A program made the translations under genes and the position numbers. Of a stretch of 64,000 nucleotides of DNA, positions 24,490 to 37,500 are shown one piece after another. Within the stretch, counting starts at the first letter, position 1; each line of letters opens with the position of its first letter. The stretch spans positions 975,171 to 1,039,170 of the forward strand of contig JAQGDQ010000030.1 of the NCBI GenBank assembly GCA_030141605.1, written 5' to 3'. Below the pieces are notes generated by a model, which had not been told where the DNA came from, did not search any database, and saw only the letters and a list, made by a program, of their open reading frames with translations. The stretch is from Tubiluchus corallicola (lineage: Eukaryota > Animalia > Priapulida).

Positions 24490-25800
24490 TAAAGTCAAAA
24501 ATCATTCCCCTATATGGTGTTGATTGCCTCTGACCATATAATCTGCATTAATTATCCTTATGCCACTTTTCTGCTTCATCCCATAATCTATTACTCATTT
24601 CACCCTACACCTCTACATTTTGATATTAAACTTAAAATGAATCAGTGGCTCGTAGCTAGAATTACAGGTGATACTGCCTCAGAAAATTTTTAGCCATTGT
24701 TTTAGTACTGTGTAAAGCGAAACAGACACAAGTACTGCACTTGTACTAAAGTTATTAAGTTATACAAGTATACACATGCTTATAATTCATCACTCCACCT
24801 TGAGCCATTCTCCATCATCAGTTGAACTAGGCATTAGTAATCAATTTTTTCAATTTTCCCTTTTAATTCACTGTGTATATCTCTTTGTCTTCTATCACTA
24901 ATAGTCATATACTGTGACTCTTGTTCCAAATGCAACTTTTTATTGTTTTTTGAGTATCTACAATTTTTAACAGTTGTTTCAACAGGATTAATTCCCTGTA
25001 TACCTAAGTATCGTTAACATACAGTCTTGATTTATTAACGTTTCGATACCTATGGAAACGTATAAATTTTCTCAAATTTTCTTAACTCTGGTTTTACTAA
25101 CATTTTTGGGCCCCAAATTGTTCTCTGTTTCATCGTTTCACCAATTATGAATTCATACCGCATATCAGCTGGGGATCTTCGTTATGTCGTATCACAAACA
25201 GCTGTGATTTATTCGATAACATCAGTAACACGACATTGAAAGTTAACAGTGAAAATTTTGTGCTAACACTAATAAACAAGAGCAAATGATGCCTGAAATC
25301 TTTCTGCAACACGCTGTTACAAATTATGCATCATAGTTAAAAATATAATACCATAGATGATACTAGACACATATTGTGGGATTATTTATCCTACACATTT
25401 ATTATTTTCCCAAATTCCCATGCAATAAACTCTTCATTTCTCCAAATTTTTTCTGCCTGTGCCACCATTTATCATGTTTACATTGTATACTCTTCATTTC
25501 TCCAAATTTTATCTGCCTGTGCCACCATTTATCATGTTTACATTGTATCACTTTGTGATGCCATAAACACAATGGCTTTTGAGTTTTGGCTTTCAATTTG
25601 TTTCCGGTTTTCACCTTTTTTCATCTTTCTGAATTTCACCAGTTGAAATTCTATAATTCAAATATTCAATTTCTCTCTGACTTTGTCATCATATCTTCCT
25701 TTCTTATATAATACCTTTTTTATCATTATAATGTTTCTTCATTTGCTTACTAATTCTCTTCAGTAAATGCACAATTTCATCTTTTCTGGTATTTATCTCC
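24490..25800 (-). mobile_element. Highly degenerate Gypsy-like pol remnant (RT C-terminus to integrase)
   Basis: Minus-strand fragments in pol order: EIEYLNYRISTGEIQKD (about 25625-25673), KTQKPL, VETTVKNCRYSKNNK (about 24945-24985), STDDG, GIRII..STPY (about 24510-24565); many stops. Confidence 0.38.
25429..25548. repeat. 60-bp tandem duplication, two near-identical copies
   Basis: actcttcatttctccaaattttWtctgcctgtgccaccatttatcatgtttacattgtat occurs twice. Confidence 0.95.
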
Positions 25801-28031
25801 ACTTCCGAGTCTGAACACATTTGTGGCCTGTGAGGTCACACCTTGGTTTCTGTCTGCGTTTCTCATCTCGTCTCTATGAATGAAACATTTAGCCGGGACT
25901 TTCCGGACATTTCTTTATTTCCATATCGAATTATCCTAAATAGTCATGCTAACATCGATTTTAACTAATCATGTCCAGTTTATGACAATGTTAAACATTT
26001 CATTTGGCAGTTTTCATGTACTTATAATTAGTATGCATCTCAGAGAAATTTTAAGGTCCACGTAAATGTAGAAATGCAGTATGTGTCTAGATTGACTATA
26101 GACCACTCTTTTATGCAAAATTAAAAACATCGTGAAATTTTTCATGTCGTGAAAAGTGAACAATGGAAATAGTTGTTATTTAATATTAAATCGCCTTAGC
26201 AACTGGCAGTTGAAGAACTCGTCTCGCAAACTCTTAGCTTTAAACGATTGTTGAAGCTTATTTACCATTCATACACAGAGCTCAAGGATCTCAAACATTG
26301 ACTTACAAATCTTTAGTGAGAAGTTTAACAAAATAAAATGTCTTCAATTGAAGAGGAAAGCATAACTGTTATTTTGTTTCATCGTTTTTCTTGATCTTTT
26401 TGTTTTGTTGTTCAGTTGGTTTCTATAATTCAAGTTTCTATAATGCTAGCAGAAAATCTGCTTATCCACATCCTGGTGAGACTTATCTGCGTTTAATATT
26501 TAAATAAGAAAACATGTGTGAACAAGAAAATACTTAGTTATTTCTGCCTAAAATACTCAGTGTAAGTTGTTGAAGAAATTACTTGAAATTTTTTTATAAA
26601 AACTGCTAAAGAGTTAACTATAAGAGTTGGACAATATAAATTTAATACTTATATTTATTTACTTTTAGCAAGTATAATGATATTCACAGAAGACATAAGA
26701 ACAAGTCACTGCTGTACATTTTATGATCAAAATAGAATTAAAACTATTATATTATTTATATATATATATATATACGTCAGGGCAGTCATATTACATTACA
26801 CGCATGGTACAATTCTGTACAAACTACAATAATTTTTATGCCCTAAGCACATTTTATCCAATTCCCAGATATTACCAGAATAATTATTTATTAAGTTCGC
26901 AGGTATACATTTAACTTCTACATTTTGTATAAAACGTTCAAACATGCCAAAAGTCAGATTGGATACAATGAAAATCATGGAAAAGTATTACAAAGTTCAT
27001 AAGAATCTTCATTCTAGTACTTCATTGATATTAGAAGTGAAAGAAAAAGCAGTGCTACATCCCCAAAACTTTCCAAATATAAAGATATTATCTAGACTTA
27101 TGCTAAACTAAAGAAACTAAAGAAGACATTTCTTAATTTTAAATGTTTGCACCAGCTGGTAAAACCACCGATTTCACAGTGTGCACCAAAAAACATTATT
27201 AATCTTATTTTGACAAGATAAAGTGATTTATAATTTTGCTTGGTTAGCAGAGAGTGTGCTATGAATGGTCTAATTTTGGCAGTTTAAATTTTTGTTTTAT
27301 GCAGCTTTGCTAGTCAGAATGTAAATACAAAAGAATGTAGGTAAATACAAAATTTCAAGAGCTTTAAAAGATTTTCTTTTCCTTTAAGCTGTTCTACAAT
27401 TGGACTGTTTTACAAATAACTAAATCATAACTAGTTAAATCATTACGCCATGTAGATTAGTTTCTCGTATAACATCTTAGTAGGGATTGTCTGTTGCTCA
27501 TTTGATATGTCTTTAGCTAGTATCTGTGCTTTTTGGCTAAGAAATTGTCATAATTAGGCAAGACGTTACTAACTGACACTTAATGATGAAAACTTCTATT
27601 TACCAATTGTTTAAAATTAAGTACAGATCTTTTTAAATCACTTTAACGCATTCGCATAGTAGTAAACAAATTTGTGACTTGTGATTTACAACAGAAACAA
27701 ACAACAAATGTGACGGCTAAAATCTCTACAGCAACAATAATCATAATATTAGCAAAACTGTACAAAATCAGAAACATCATCTGTTATACAGATAAATAAG
27801 TAACAATGTGGTTATACAAGCTCGTTAAATATCTTTGGTTTTTGCTTGTGACGAAGGTAGCGTTAGCTCTGTGCTATATAACATGCCATAATTTTCATAT
27901 GGTACTAATTACAAACTGCGAAAACTTGATTCTATCTTGACACACAGTTTTTTTACTACATAACTGTACCACATCACACTTAACCTACATCGTCAGGCTC
28001 TGTCCCGTGGCCTTGTGTCACCTTGCTCTCG

Positions 28032-28095
28032 GTTGCCGTGGCAACAGACTGTTTTTGCCGCGGCACCAACATCCTTTCACTGTTACTATGGCAAC
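28032..28095. promoter_or_regulatory. Cluster of RFX X-box motifs downstream of the eya stop codon
   Basis: GTTGCCGTGGCAAC (28032-28045), degenerate TTTGCCGCGGCACC (28054-28067), GTTACTATGGCAAC (28082-28095). Confidence 0.55.
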
Positions 28096-28436
28096 AAGTG
28101 GAATGTTGAAAAGCTATTCACATAGTCGTATTTTGGCGCCTCTACTTTCTCCAGCTCCTGTACGGCACTATATTATATGCTATGTAATGTTCTGCATTTT
28201 GAACACCGCACAAGCTATTTTTCTTATTTGTCTTTCTGCAAAGTTGCTCAGCACGCACTGGCACTATAAAATGCCCAAAAAAATTAACACCAGTGTATAT
28301 GTTGTCCAATGATCATTCTGCTAGATGCATACCTTCAGTATACATTTCAGGAGTTAAATGGCACAGTTATGTCTGTTTGTCTCATTGGCAATGTATGCAC
28401 ATGAAGGTTCTGACGTCATTTCACATGTACACTAAG

Positions 28437-28517
28437 CTAAAGAAAATTGAATTCCAGTGCTTGATGCAATGCCGCAAGATCCGAATGGCTCGTTATTCTC
28501 CAGAACGGGATGTTTAA
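28437..28517 (-). CDS. eya: eya terminal coding exon
   Basis: [26 protein letters not shown] then TAG; acceptor ttttttctag. Confidence 0.94.
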   Translation of the reverse strand, partial: LNIPFWRITSHSDLAALHQALEFNFL

Positions 28518-31500
28518 CTAGAAAAAAAAGAACGTACATGAAACATATTACAGAAGTCATAGTCACTGAAAGTCTAGTTACATATGCTGATGTGCTGACT
28601 GCCGAATCTACGGCCAACCCAAATGTACGAAACAACCAATAGTTAGTGAAAGTCCAGTTACATATGCTGATGTGCTGACTGCCGAATCTACGGTGAACCC
28701 AAATGTATAGAACAACCAATAGTTACTGAAAGTCCAGTTACATATACTGATTTGCTGACAGCCGAATCTATGGTGAACCCAAATGTATGAAACAAGCAAA
28801 TTCTCATCCTTCTTAAATTACACAAACGTCTTCTAACACAATGCCGTGCTTGTCATGCCAAACTCACTCTATCATGAATTAATATTCTAGTCCATTGTAA
28901 AACCAGTATCCAACACTTAGCTTTCTTATTAATTTTATTAACAATTTACGAGCATACTTTTTGTTTCCTTCTGTACCCAAACCTCACAAGCCGAGGAGAA
29001 TTGCAGAGTGTAGAAATTCTGTCATATTAAGAGATCTAGAAACTGGCACCAGAGTGATCAACCTTTTCAGAATAATTGCTCTGTTTCGCTGCAACCTTGC
29101 TTTTAACATTTGGGGCCCTTAGCACAAATGGTTGAACGGACATTGTATTTTAGAAGGCAAGCAAGTATAGTCAGAACAAGGAGATAAATTTGTATGCCAA
29201 TCTCATACACACTATTAAATAGCAATAATATGATATTTTACATACACAGTGTTTTAAACAGTGTTAACAGCTTGGTGCTCCTGTTTTATATCAGTGTAAG
29301 CATATCAACATCAAATAATTCTTTGCTTGTTCAGAATATCAACACAAGCTCAGCCAGAGCAGTAAAACATGGCTAACTTTTGCATTATTCACACACAGAA
29401 AATATGAATATCAACACACCTGTTTTGCGGCAGATTCTTCATCACGACCATCGCCCACTACAACATATGTACATTTCCTGCCAAATCTGGACACTATGCG
29501 CTCGAAACAGTTTTCTTTACCTAGAAAACAACTAAGAAGGTCAATAGACTGACATTTGCCACAAAGTTCAGAAAAATGATCTCTTCTGAATCTAAATGCG
29601 CACAAACTGCAATTGTACAGCAACAGTGTTTTTATTTATCAGTACAGTTTATGGAGAAAGACATGGGCATAAAACTATAGAAATGCCCAACATAGGTCAT
29701 GATAAACAAACATCTGAAATTTACATCGTAACTTTGAATACCACACCCTTTTACTTTTACACCTTTGCATTAATCCGTCGAAAAAAATACGTGGAAAATA
29801 TCTAAGGAATGTGTCATTATCTCACTACTGCATTTCATTTATTATTTAGTTATTTATGTAACTAACTAAAATTAAGGTGACAAACAACCATTAAAGTTAC
29901 CTATTTTTGAGGCTGAATATATGTTTTCTACAGGAAAAGCACCACCAAGTCCATACAAGACCAACTTCGCTAAGGCCGGAACAAGTTGTGTAGTCGTTAC
30001 GAGCACATTAACACAATTTGGCCTGAAATAAAAAGAAAACCATGTAACATCATTTCAACCTTTTTTGTCCTGTTTTTTCTTCCAATAAACAATACTACTA
30101 TGATAATGCTGCAAGTTCTTACCTAGACTGGATGATTAAAAGGGACTTAAGTGCCATTTGTAACCAGTTATCTGTGACCTGTTCTATCTCTTGCCGCAAT
30201 TGTAACCACTGTTCCCTTTTGGCTGGACCAAGTAAGCCTAGAAAAGCAAAATACATGATAATTCTTTTTAATAAATGGGTCTATCGTATCACTGTCTAAG
30301 TTACACCTGACGGCTGGTACTAATTATATTTGACAACTACTATCAGTAGCATTGCTTGGCAAAAATATTAACAAACTAAACGCATGTTTTCTTAGGATAA
30401 CCCAGGAAAAGCACCAGAGGTATAAACACTTTTTCCAATGTAGCCCCTTTAATGGTCTTTATCAAACCTGTATGCTTTCTGCAAAATATCCTCAGTGCTA
30501 CTTTTAATACCACCTCTGAGGTTTATTATAACTTAGCATTAATTTGACCGTGGCTCACAGCATGCATGGAAAGAATATTTGCTAGATCTAAAAGCCAATG
30601 CACCTAAAATGGGGTTTTAAAGTTGCTAATACTGCATGTCGCATGTTGCAATAGGTAAGTTACCACCTGAATTTTATATTATTTGTTTAAAATGTTTCAC
30701 AAACTACATAACTAAGTCAGAACAAAGTGAAGCATCATGACAAGCAGAATATTTTTGAACAGCTTACTTTACCTCCAACATTATTCTTGTAACTATTGTA
30801 GATTTCTTTTATTCGACGATATCGGAATGCTAATTTTCTCATCCAGTCAACGCCACCTCGCACTCCCGTCGCTAAGCACAGGTTGGCATTTGTGGCAGCC
30901 GCATGGAATCCATCAGTGGCAAAATTATAATTACTGAAATTATGAAAGTAAACATATACATTTAATTACCTCAGTTCACAGAAAGTGTAATTACCTAATT
31001 GAATATGTTATTACAGGCCTATATATTATTCTACAGTAAAGTAACGTTAGGCTCAGTGGTGCCCTTGGTAAGTGCTAATATTATACCTTTGGTTTCATAG
31101 TTGCTAAACTAGCAAAATGTAGGAGCTCTCTGAAAACGTCAGAAGTTTTGTAAACGACAAAAAACCTTTCCTTGAAAGCGCTTGTTTTATATGGAATCAA
31201 CCACTCAAGACTTTTATACTCAAGTATTCACTGTTTAAGTAGTGCCACTATATCAAAATCGCAGTGGAGGCTCAATTTAATTCATGACAATGTTGGAGAA
31301 TTACTTTAAATTAACTATTTGCCATTATTTTCACAACTAACTGGCACGTTCCACATTAGTTTGACTTTATAAGAATAAATTCAGATGACAGTGTATATTA
31401 GTGAAATATAAGAGCTCTTCCATATACCTTAAATCTTGACCATTATCGTCAGACGATACATCATCTATGTGTACTTGGTCGCATTCCTACAAAAAGTAAA

Positions 31501-34500
31501 CACATAACCAATGATTACCAGTAGCAACAATCGCCTAATTAGCAATCATCGACTATTTGGCACTGACGATCAAATGTTTTTTAAACTACAATAGAAAAGC
31601 ATTGTCCTTTCCTACAAAGCTTTACCCTGCAAATTGATGATGCACACAGCTTTGCACTGACATCTGACTGTAACCGCATTAAAGAAATCATTTACTGTCA
31701 ATGCCAAGCCATCTAAGATGATCAGAGGTTTTTATTAGTGAGCATATGTATGAAATATGTATGTCAAATTTGTATGAAAAGCCCCTTTCAAACAAAACAA
31801 AATTGTTGTGAAAAGGAAATTGCACAAAAATAACTTTGCCTGCAAAGATCTGTTGCATCAGCTTTATTAGTAAAATGGAAAAACTTACTTAAAGATAATG
31901 TATACATGGTAAAAACTTCTATGTATCGGAAGGCTTATATTATACCTGTACAAAGTGTACAGTACACAACAATTCATTTACAGTATACAACAATAATTCA
32001 TGTTAAGTTACAGTACCAAAGTTTATTCAAACTTCTTAAATTTCCTAGTGTAGAAATTTCCAGGGATGAGAAAACAAACATAAGAAATTAATGATGAAAG
32101 TATGTTCAACAAAGCCAATATCTACCAAAACTGTCGTAGGTATAAAGTGCATATTTTAACCCCTTGTTTGTACACAGACTGTTTTTATTCAAAATATTTT
32201 ATTATGAAACAAAGGTTTGTGCAAGTCAGACCAAAAGAGAAAATGAACACCACATTTGTTTCCCAGCGAGCGTGATTTTGATTTGTGCGCTGTTTATTTG
32301 AGATGGTAATTAGTAGCATATTTCATCTTACGTGCATAATGCGCACCAAATGGCGAATTATCTCGGCGAAAAATCCTTCAAGAGCTAAGACAAGGCAAAT
32401 GGACGGTTTTTGTACAAACGGCGGAAGAGGTTTAATTTCCGCCACATTTTCCTGCCAGCCAAATTCACTCAGGAATTTAGCGCAAGTCGATTACAAGAGG
32501 TTTTTGTTCGAAGACTGTTGTTTAACACTACTTTAGCATTTTTAAGAAAAGATAAATAGTAAAATCCAGTAACTCATAAAGAAGGTTGACCTACACTTTA
32601 TTGGAGGCTAAATCTGCCAAACTGTTTCGATTCTGTACCAGTACAATACATTTTCAAAGGTAATCAGTGAATCACACTTCAAGACACTAAAAAACTTAAT
32701 TACAATGAAATAGTGTCATCATTTATATAAGCTTTGAAAATCTGAACATTTCTGCCATACCAGCAGAATACATGAGCTTGTTAGCAAAAATGGTGGTAAT
32801 AAAATGTAATAAGCTACAATACAAGCACTTGCTGTGGTACAGATCAATCGTGTAACTATGCAGAATAAATTTCACCACAATAAGCATTTTCGCAGTTTTG
32901 CTACATGCGTGCGCGGTTGCTGTAGGTCAAAGGTTAAGTGAATCCAACATGTCTTAACTACAACCGTGATGTGACATGTGAGTAAAGCCCATATGGTAAA
33001 GCTATCTGCTACACTGGTAAGTAAAAAAACATTAATTGAGTAATGCTGTATAATTTTAAATACATGTTATTCTTATCTGAAAACACCTAGCAAAATAGTA
33101 ACAATAGTCCATGTATAATAAAATAACTGAAGCGACGCCAAGAACTGTTACTCGTATAACAGCATGTGCCGCAAGGCGTGTCAAGCGTACATAAAAGAGT
33201 TGTTGGGTTCACTTTTCATAATCATCATCAATTGCTGGAATTGCGAAAAAGCTTATTTATACACATCACATTTCTGTGCTTAAACTGTCGATTTTCATGA
33301 ACCATTTTCGAAAATAATTATAGAGATGGCATAAAATTGGCAAATTTCTGTTAAATTTGAGAAGTACTCCCAAGCCACCATCCCATTTTATTTCCCACCA
33401 AATTGGAACAGATCATTAAAGGAAAACCAGACGATTCTGTAGAGATTAGTTCAAAATATGGTGTGCTATAAAATACTGAAAGCTACAATAATTTTTTAAA
33501 TCAAAGCTTAGATTAAATAATAATTACCTCGGGTAGTTAAATTTTGTTAACTTTTCATAGTTGCACGCGGCTCAGTGAATCTACTAAGACTAGCCATCGT
33601 GCTTTTTTGTCACATTTGCGTGGCCGACAGACGCGATAATTTAAGCAAAATTATGAACTGCAGTGTCAGCTGTGACGTAGAGAACATTTTCGCAACATCA
33701 CATCAGTGTCTTATAACAATCTTTGCTCATTAAACGAGCTTGATGCACAGGGAAGATGCCTATCATTGCACAAATCGTGATTAGTTTGTGATGTAAGTGA
33801 TAGCTGTGTTCCGATGCCGTTAATTAACTTTTCAAGCTAATTATTCGAATATAAGAAATAACTGCTAACTTTTATAGGCAAGAAAACGTACATTTTGGAC
33901 AGTAAATTAAAACGAGATTAAGTATAATCAATTGTCCAGTTTGCCTTTAAAGTTTACATAAAGCCAATACTGATCCAACTCGGATCATGGATTATTAACA
34001 CTTAACAGACAGAATGTGAACAGAAACCATTTACCTCTAGGTCGTTGAAAAATAAATGTGTGTCGGCTAGGTCAAAGATCATGGTTTCCATACGAAGACC
34101 AAGCGATACTGTACTGCTATGGTCCTGTAAAATAATAAACACTGTAATCAGTATAATGCCAGCTCAAGTCTCTATAAAACCCACAGGTCTTTAAAGCTAC
34201 TAACGCATTCCTACAGCTACAGTAAGGATAAGATAAGCTAAAGGATAATTCTTACAGTCTACAGCACTTGTAGAGACTCAGATAATGTCACTACGACTTT
34301 TTTCCTGGTAAGCCTAACTACAATATTAAAATAATTATGCTAATAGTGTCAATAGCACCACTTTTAAAAATTTAACTATTATGGTACAAATTTGCCCAGT
34401 TATGCATGCAGCACAGTCGTTTTCAAACTTCCCTAATCTATATACATTTAAAACCGGCCAGTTGTTCCGTGTTTGTTCTCACATGTTACAATAAAACATA

Positions 34501-37500
34501 AAAAACCGTGAATTGATAAAAAATATACATAACTTTTGGTGTATAAATTTTTAATGTGTTTTAATACTACGAAACGTTGATTTCAAAAAATGGAATAAGA
34601 AATCCAATTTTTAAATAGAAAACTTGTTTTAATCCAGCCCCAGTTCTTTTGTCCTTTTTTAAATGTTGTTGTCAATAAGCCAAACAATTATTCAGTCTGT
34701 TACAGTAATTATAAGTGCTAAAAAGCACTTATCATTTTACCGATTTTCACACGAAATTGGAATTAGCATTCACTCTTACACTTATTAAATAACATTCAAA
34801 ACATGAGTGAAATGAACTGTGAGTAAAATTTTAGATTTAACAGAACAAAAAGCACAGTGGAAACACTAATGTCATTCTAAAAACAAACTAGTGACTGTAA
34901 AAGACAAACACACAATGATTCAGTGTGTACTTCAGCAAAGATCAATGCAAAACTGAAACCAGATATAAGGCAGCCATGACATCCTTAAAACCAGCAAGCA
35001 TAGAAGAGACAATATTCAAGCAGATTTAATAGTCTCTCTGACGCCTCGTTGGTGATATTTTGCAAAAAAGTTTTCCACCACAGCGACCTGAATTAGATAG
35101 CGGTAGGACACAGAAATACTCCTGTTCTCGACATTATAGCGGCGTTTATTAAACTTTATTAGATTTTACAACAGTCTTTTATGGCGTCGTCTAGAAACGT
35201 TTATTGCCGCCATGTTTTAATGTGGTGAGGTTCAGTGGGCAGTTAATTTTCCCAGGAAAAACCGCAACGAAATTCAAAAGCAAAATGTGGTAACCAAATC
35301 AGCGCTGTCACATCCCACTGAAATACAAGTAAAGTTAAAATATCTGTAGCATCCACATTTTCACTCTGTTGTTCTCTAAATTCATGACATTTTGCAACTT
35401 CCTTTTGCTAAATGTAATCAATAAAGAAAACAAGCCCAAGCTGTATGATACTGTATGCATTAAACTGGTAATTCTACTAAACCGGTAATGGTTAATTCTA
35501 CAGACATTACACTAATGTTTCTACATCCTAAACATTACCATTAAATCTATAGTACTGTAATATTAGATAATTATTTTTTAACACCAAGTAGGCTACTAAC
35601 AAAATTGTCGTTATGTCTATTATGCATTTAAAGGAGATAAATAAACAATCTTAAGATAAATAAACAATCTTAATCTTCTGTGGATGACTGTTTGCTCTTA
35701 TAGTAAGTTGCAATATCATAAGCGTTTAACTTGAAGACCTTTGGTGTTCTACCATATTTATCCATATGATATCTTTGGATACCCCTGTATTTTTTAGCAT
35801 TGCACGAGCTTTCATGTTTTGCAGAAATCAAATGCTGGTTAAAAACAATAACACTAATGATGTGATAAACATTTGCACGCTTGTTTCCTGATTTGCAGAC
35901 ATTGCTTGGTACAATGTTCACATAAAAAAACTACATTTAAATGTGAAAAAAATTAAGTTAACTAATCAAAAACGGTCAAATAATGATAAAATAAGTTTAT
36001 GTCCAATGCAAATCTTTATAGTAGTAATCAGAGATTTGAATCAAGTGCATTAATATTCAACATATGGTCTAAATGGCAGCAACAATGAATTATTGAACAT
36101 TATACCCCAAAAATTCTAACAACATACTAGAAATAGCCAAATCTTTGCTGCTGCCATCAATTTTGTATAGCCCATTACAGTTTTCATAAAACCCTGGTTC
36201 ATTGAAGATTTAATATTTGCAAGTTTACTCAAGAACAGCTGCACACGTTGTATCGTTTGAAAGTGCCCATAATGCATTTCAGTGAGTAAGTTTGGCAGCA
36301 ACAGCTGCATCAGGATTGCAGCAATCATAAATTCCTACAATCGGCAGTGAAAATAAACAGGAGGACAGATAATGCGCTGCCTAGCACTTCCATGCAAGAG
36401 CAGTCGAGAGAGAGAAGCTGGAACCACTTGCTGCATTGCCCTAAAAACTGCACTACACAATCTACGGCAGCTCAAAGAGGCAGAATTGTTGCTTTTTATT
36501 AACTTAGCTACCAGTGAATGTGTGATGGTAATAACAAAATTATTCATTTTTGATGGTATATCATCACACCGAAAAAACGTTGTATTTTTTCTTTTTTATT
36601 GATTGGGGTTTTTCACTAGTTGTACCTATCCCTCTTATTAAGAAATAAATTTACAATATTAAAATTATATCGTATTGCAGAGCAGAGTGTGGATTGTGGT
36701 TAGTGTAAGAAGAATATCTAAAGTTGTCTGCAAATATATCACTGATGAATGATGATATTTTTTCATGCTCTTTGATAATACTTAATTGTAAATCTGATTT
36801 AACATGTGAATAGCATTAGTACAGTACATGTATTATGGGTGTTAGCATAATTCCATGGGATTACATTTTCCAACAGCTCTGGGAGGCGCACAGGCACAAG
36901 GCCTATCCCCAGCAGCATACCAAACCTTGGTTAGGAAATTGTGAACATTGGCATTAGTAAGCTATATTCTGTATCCATATGTTTCGGCTTGGAATGATGG
37001 CACGGTTTTTTGTAAAAAGAGCAGAGGTGACATTGCAAGAAACGACTCATATGTGCGCAAGCGATAAAATGATTTCTTGCAGCTTACTAGGACCACGTGC
37101 TAGTAGTTGCTGACAAGGGGTAGACTATAGTAAATCCGGATGAGTGATGGGCAAGAATAGTGAATTAAAAATAAGTGACATAGCTGAAGAACTCCCAAAA
37201 ATCATCTTAAGCCTTAAGATATTATTTGACTGGTAGTAAAGATTTATTTAATTTCACTTTTCAGCTGCAGCATTGTGTCGATGTTTTAGAAATATGGGTT
37301 ATAGCCAAACAAAGATTAATGTAGCTATACGAGCCACCTTGTTATTATCAACAAAACACTACAGTTATTAAGAACAAAAAACTCCACAAGACATTCGAGA
37401 ATATTTTTCTGCAAGTTAGCTAAAAAACAATCAAGTCAACACATCATAGCACTAACTTTAACTAATAATGTTCATTCCAAACAGCTTGTTAGTCTCTAGT

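Noticed and set aside
25374-25646. Three overlapping ORFs with internal repeats
   Set aside because: Produced by the 60-bp tandem duplication inside a decayed retroelement
28559-28798. CRISPR-like or hammerhead-ribozyme reading of the 80-bp array
   Set aside because: Units are contiguous with no unique spacers, the context is eukaryotic, and ctgatgt lacks the CUGANGA...GAAA core
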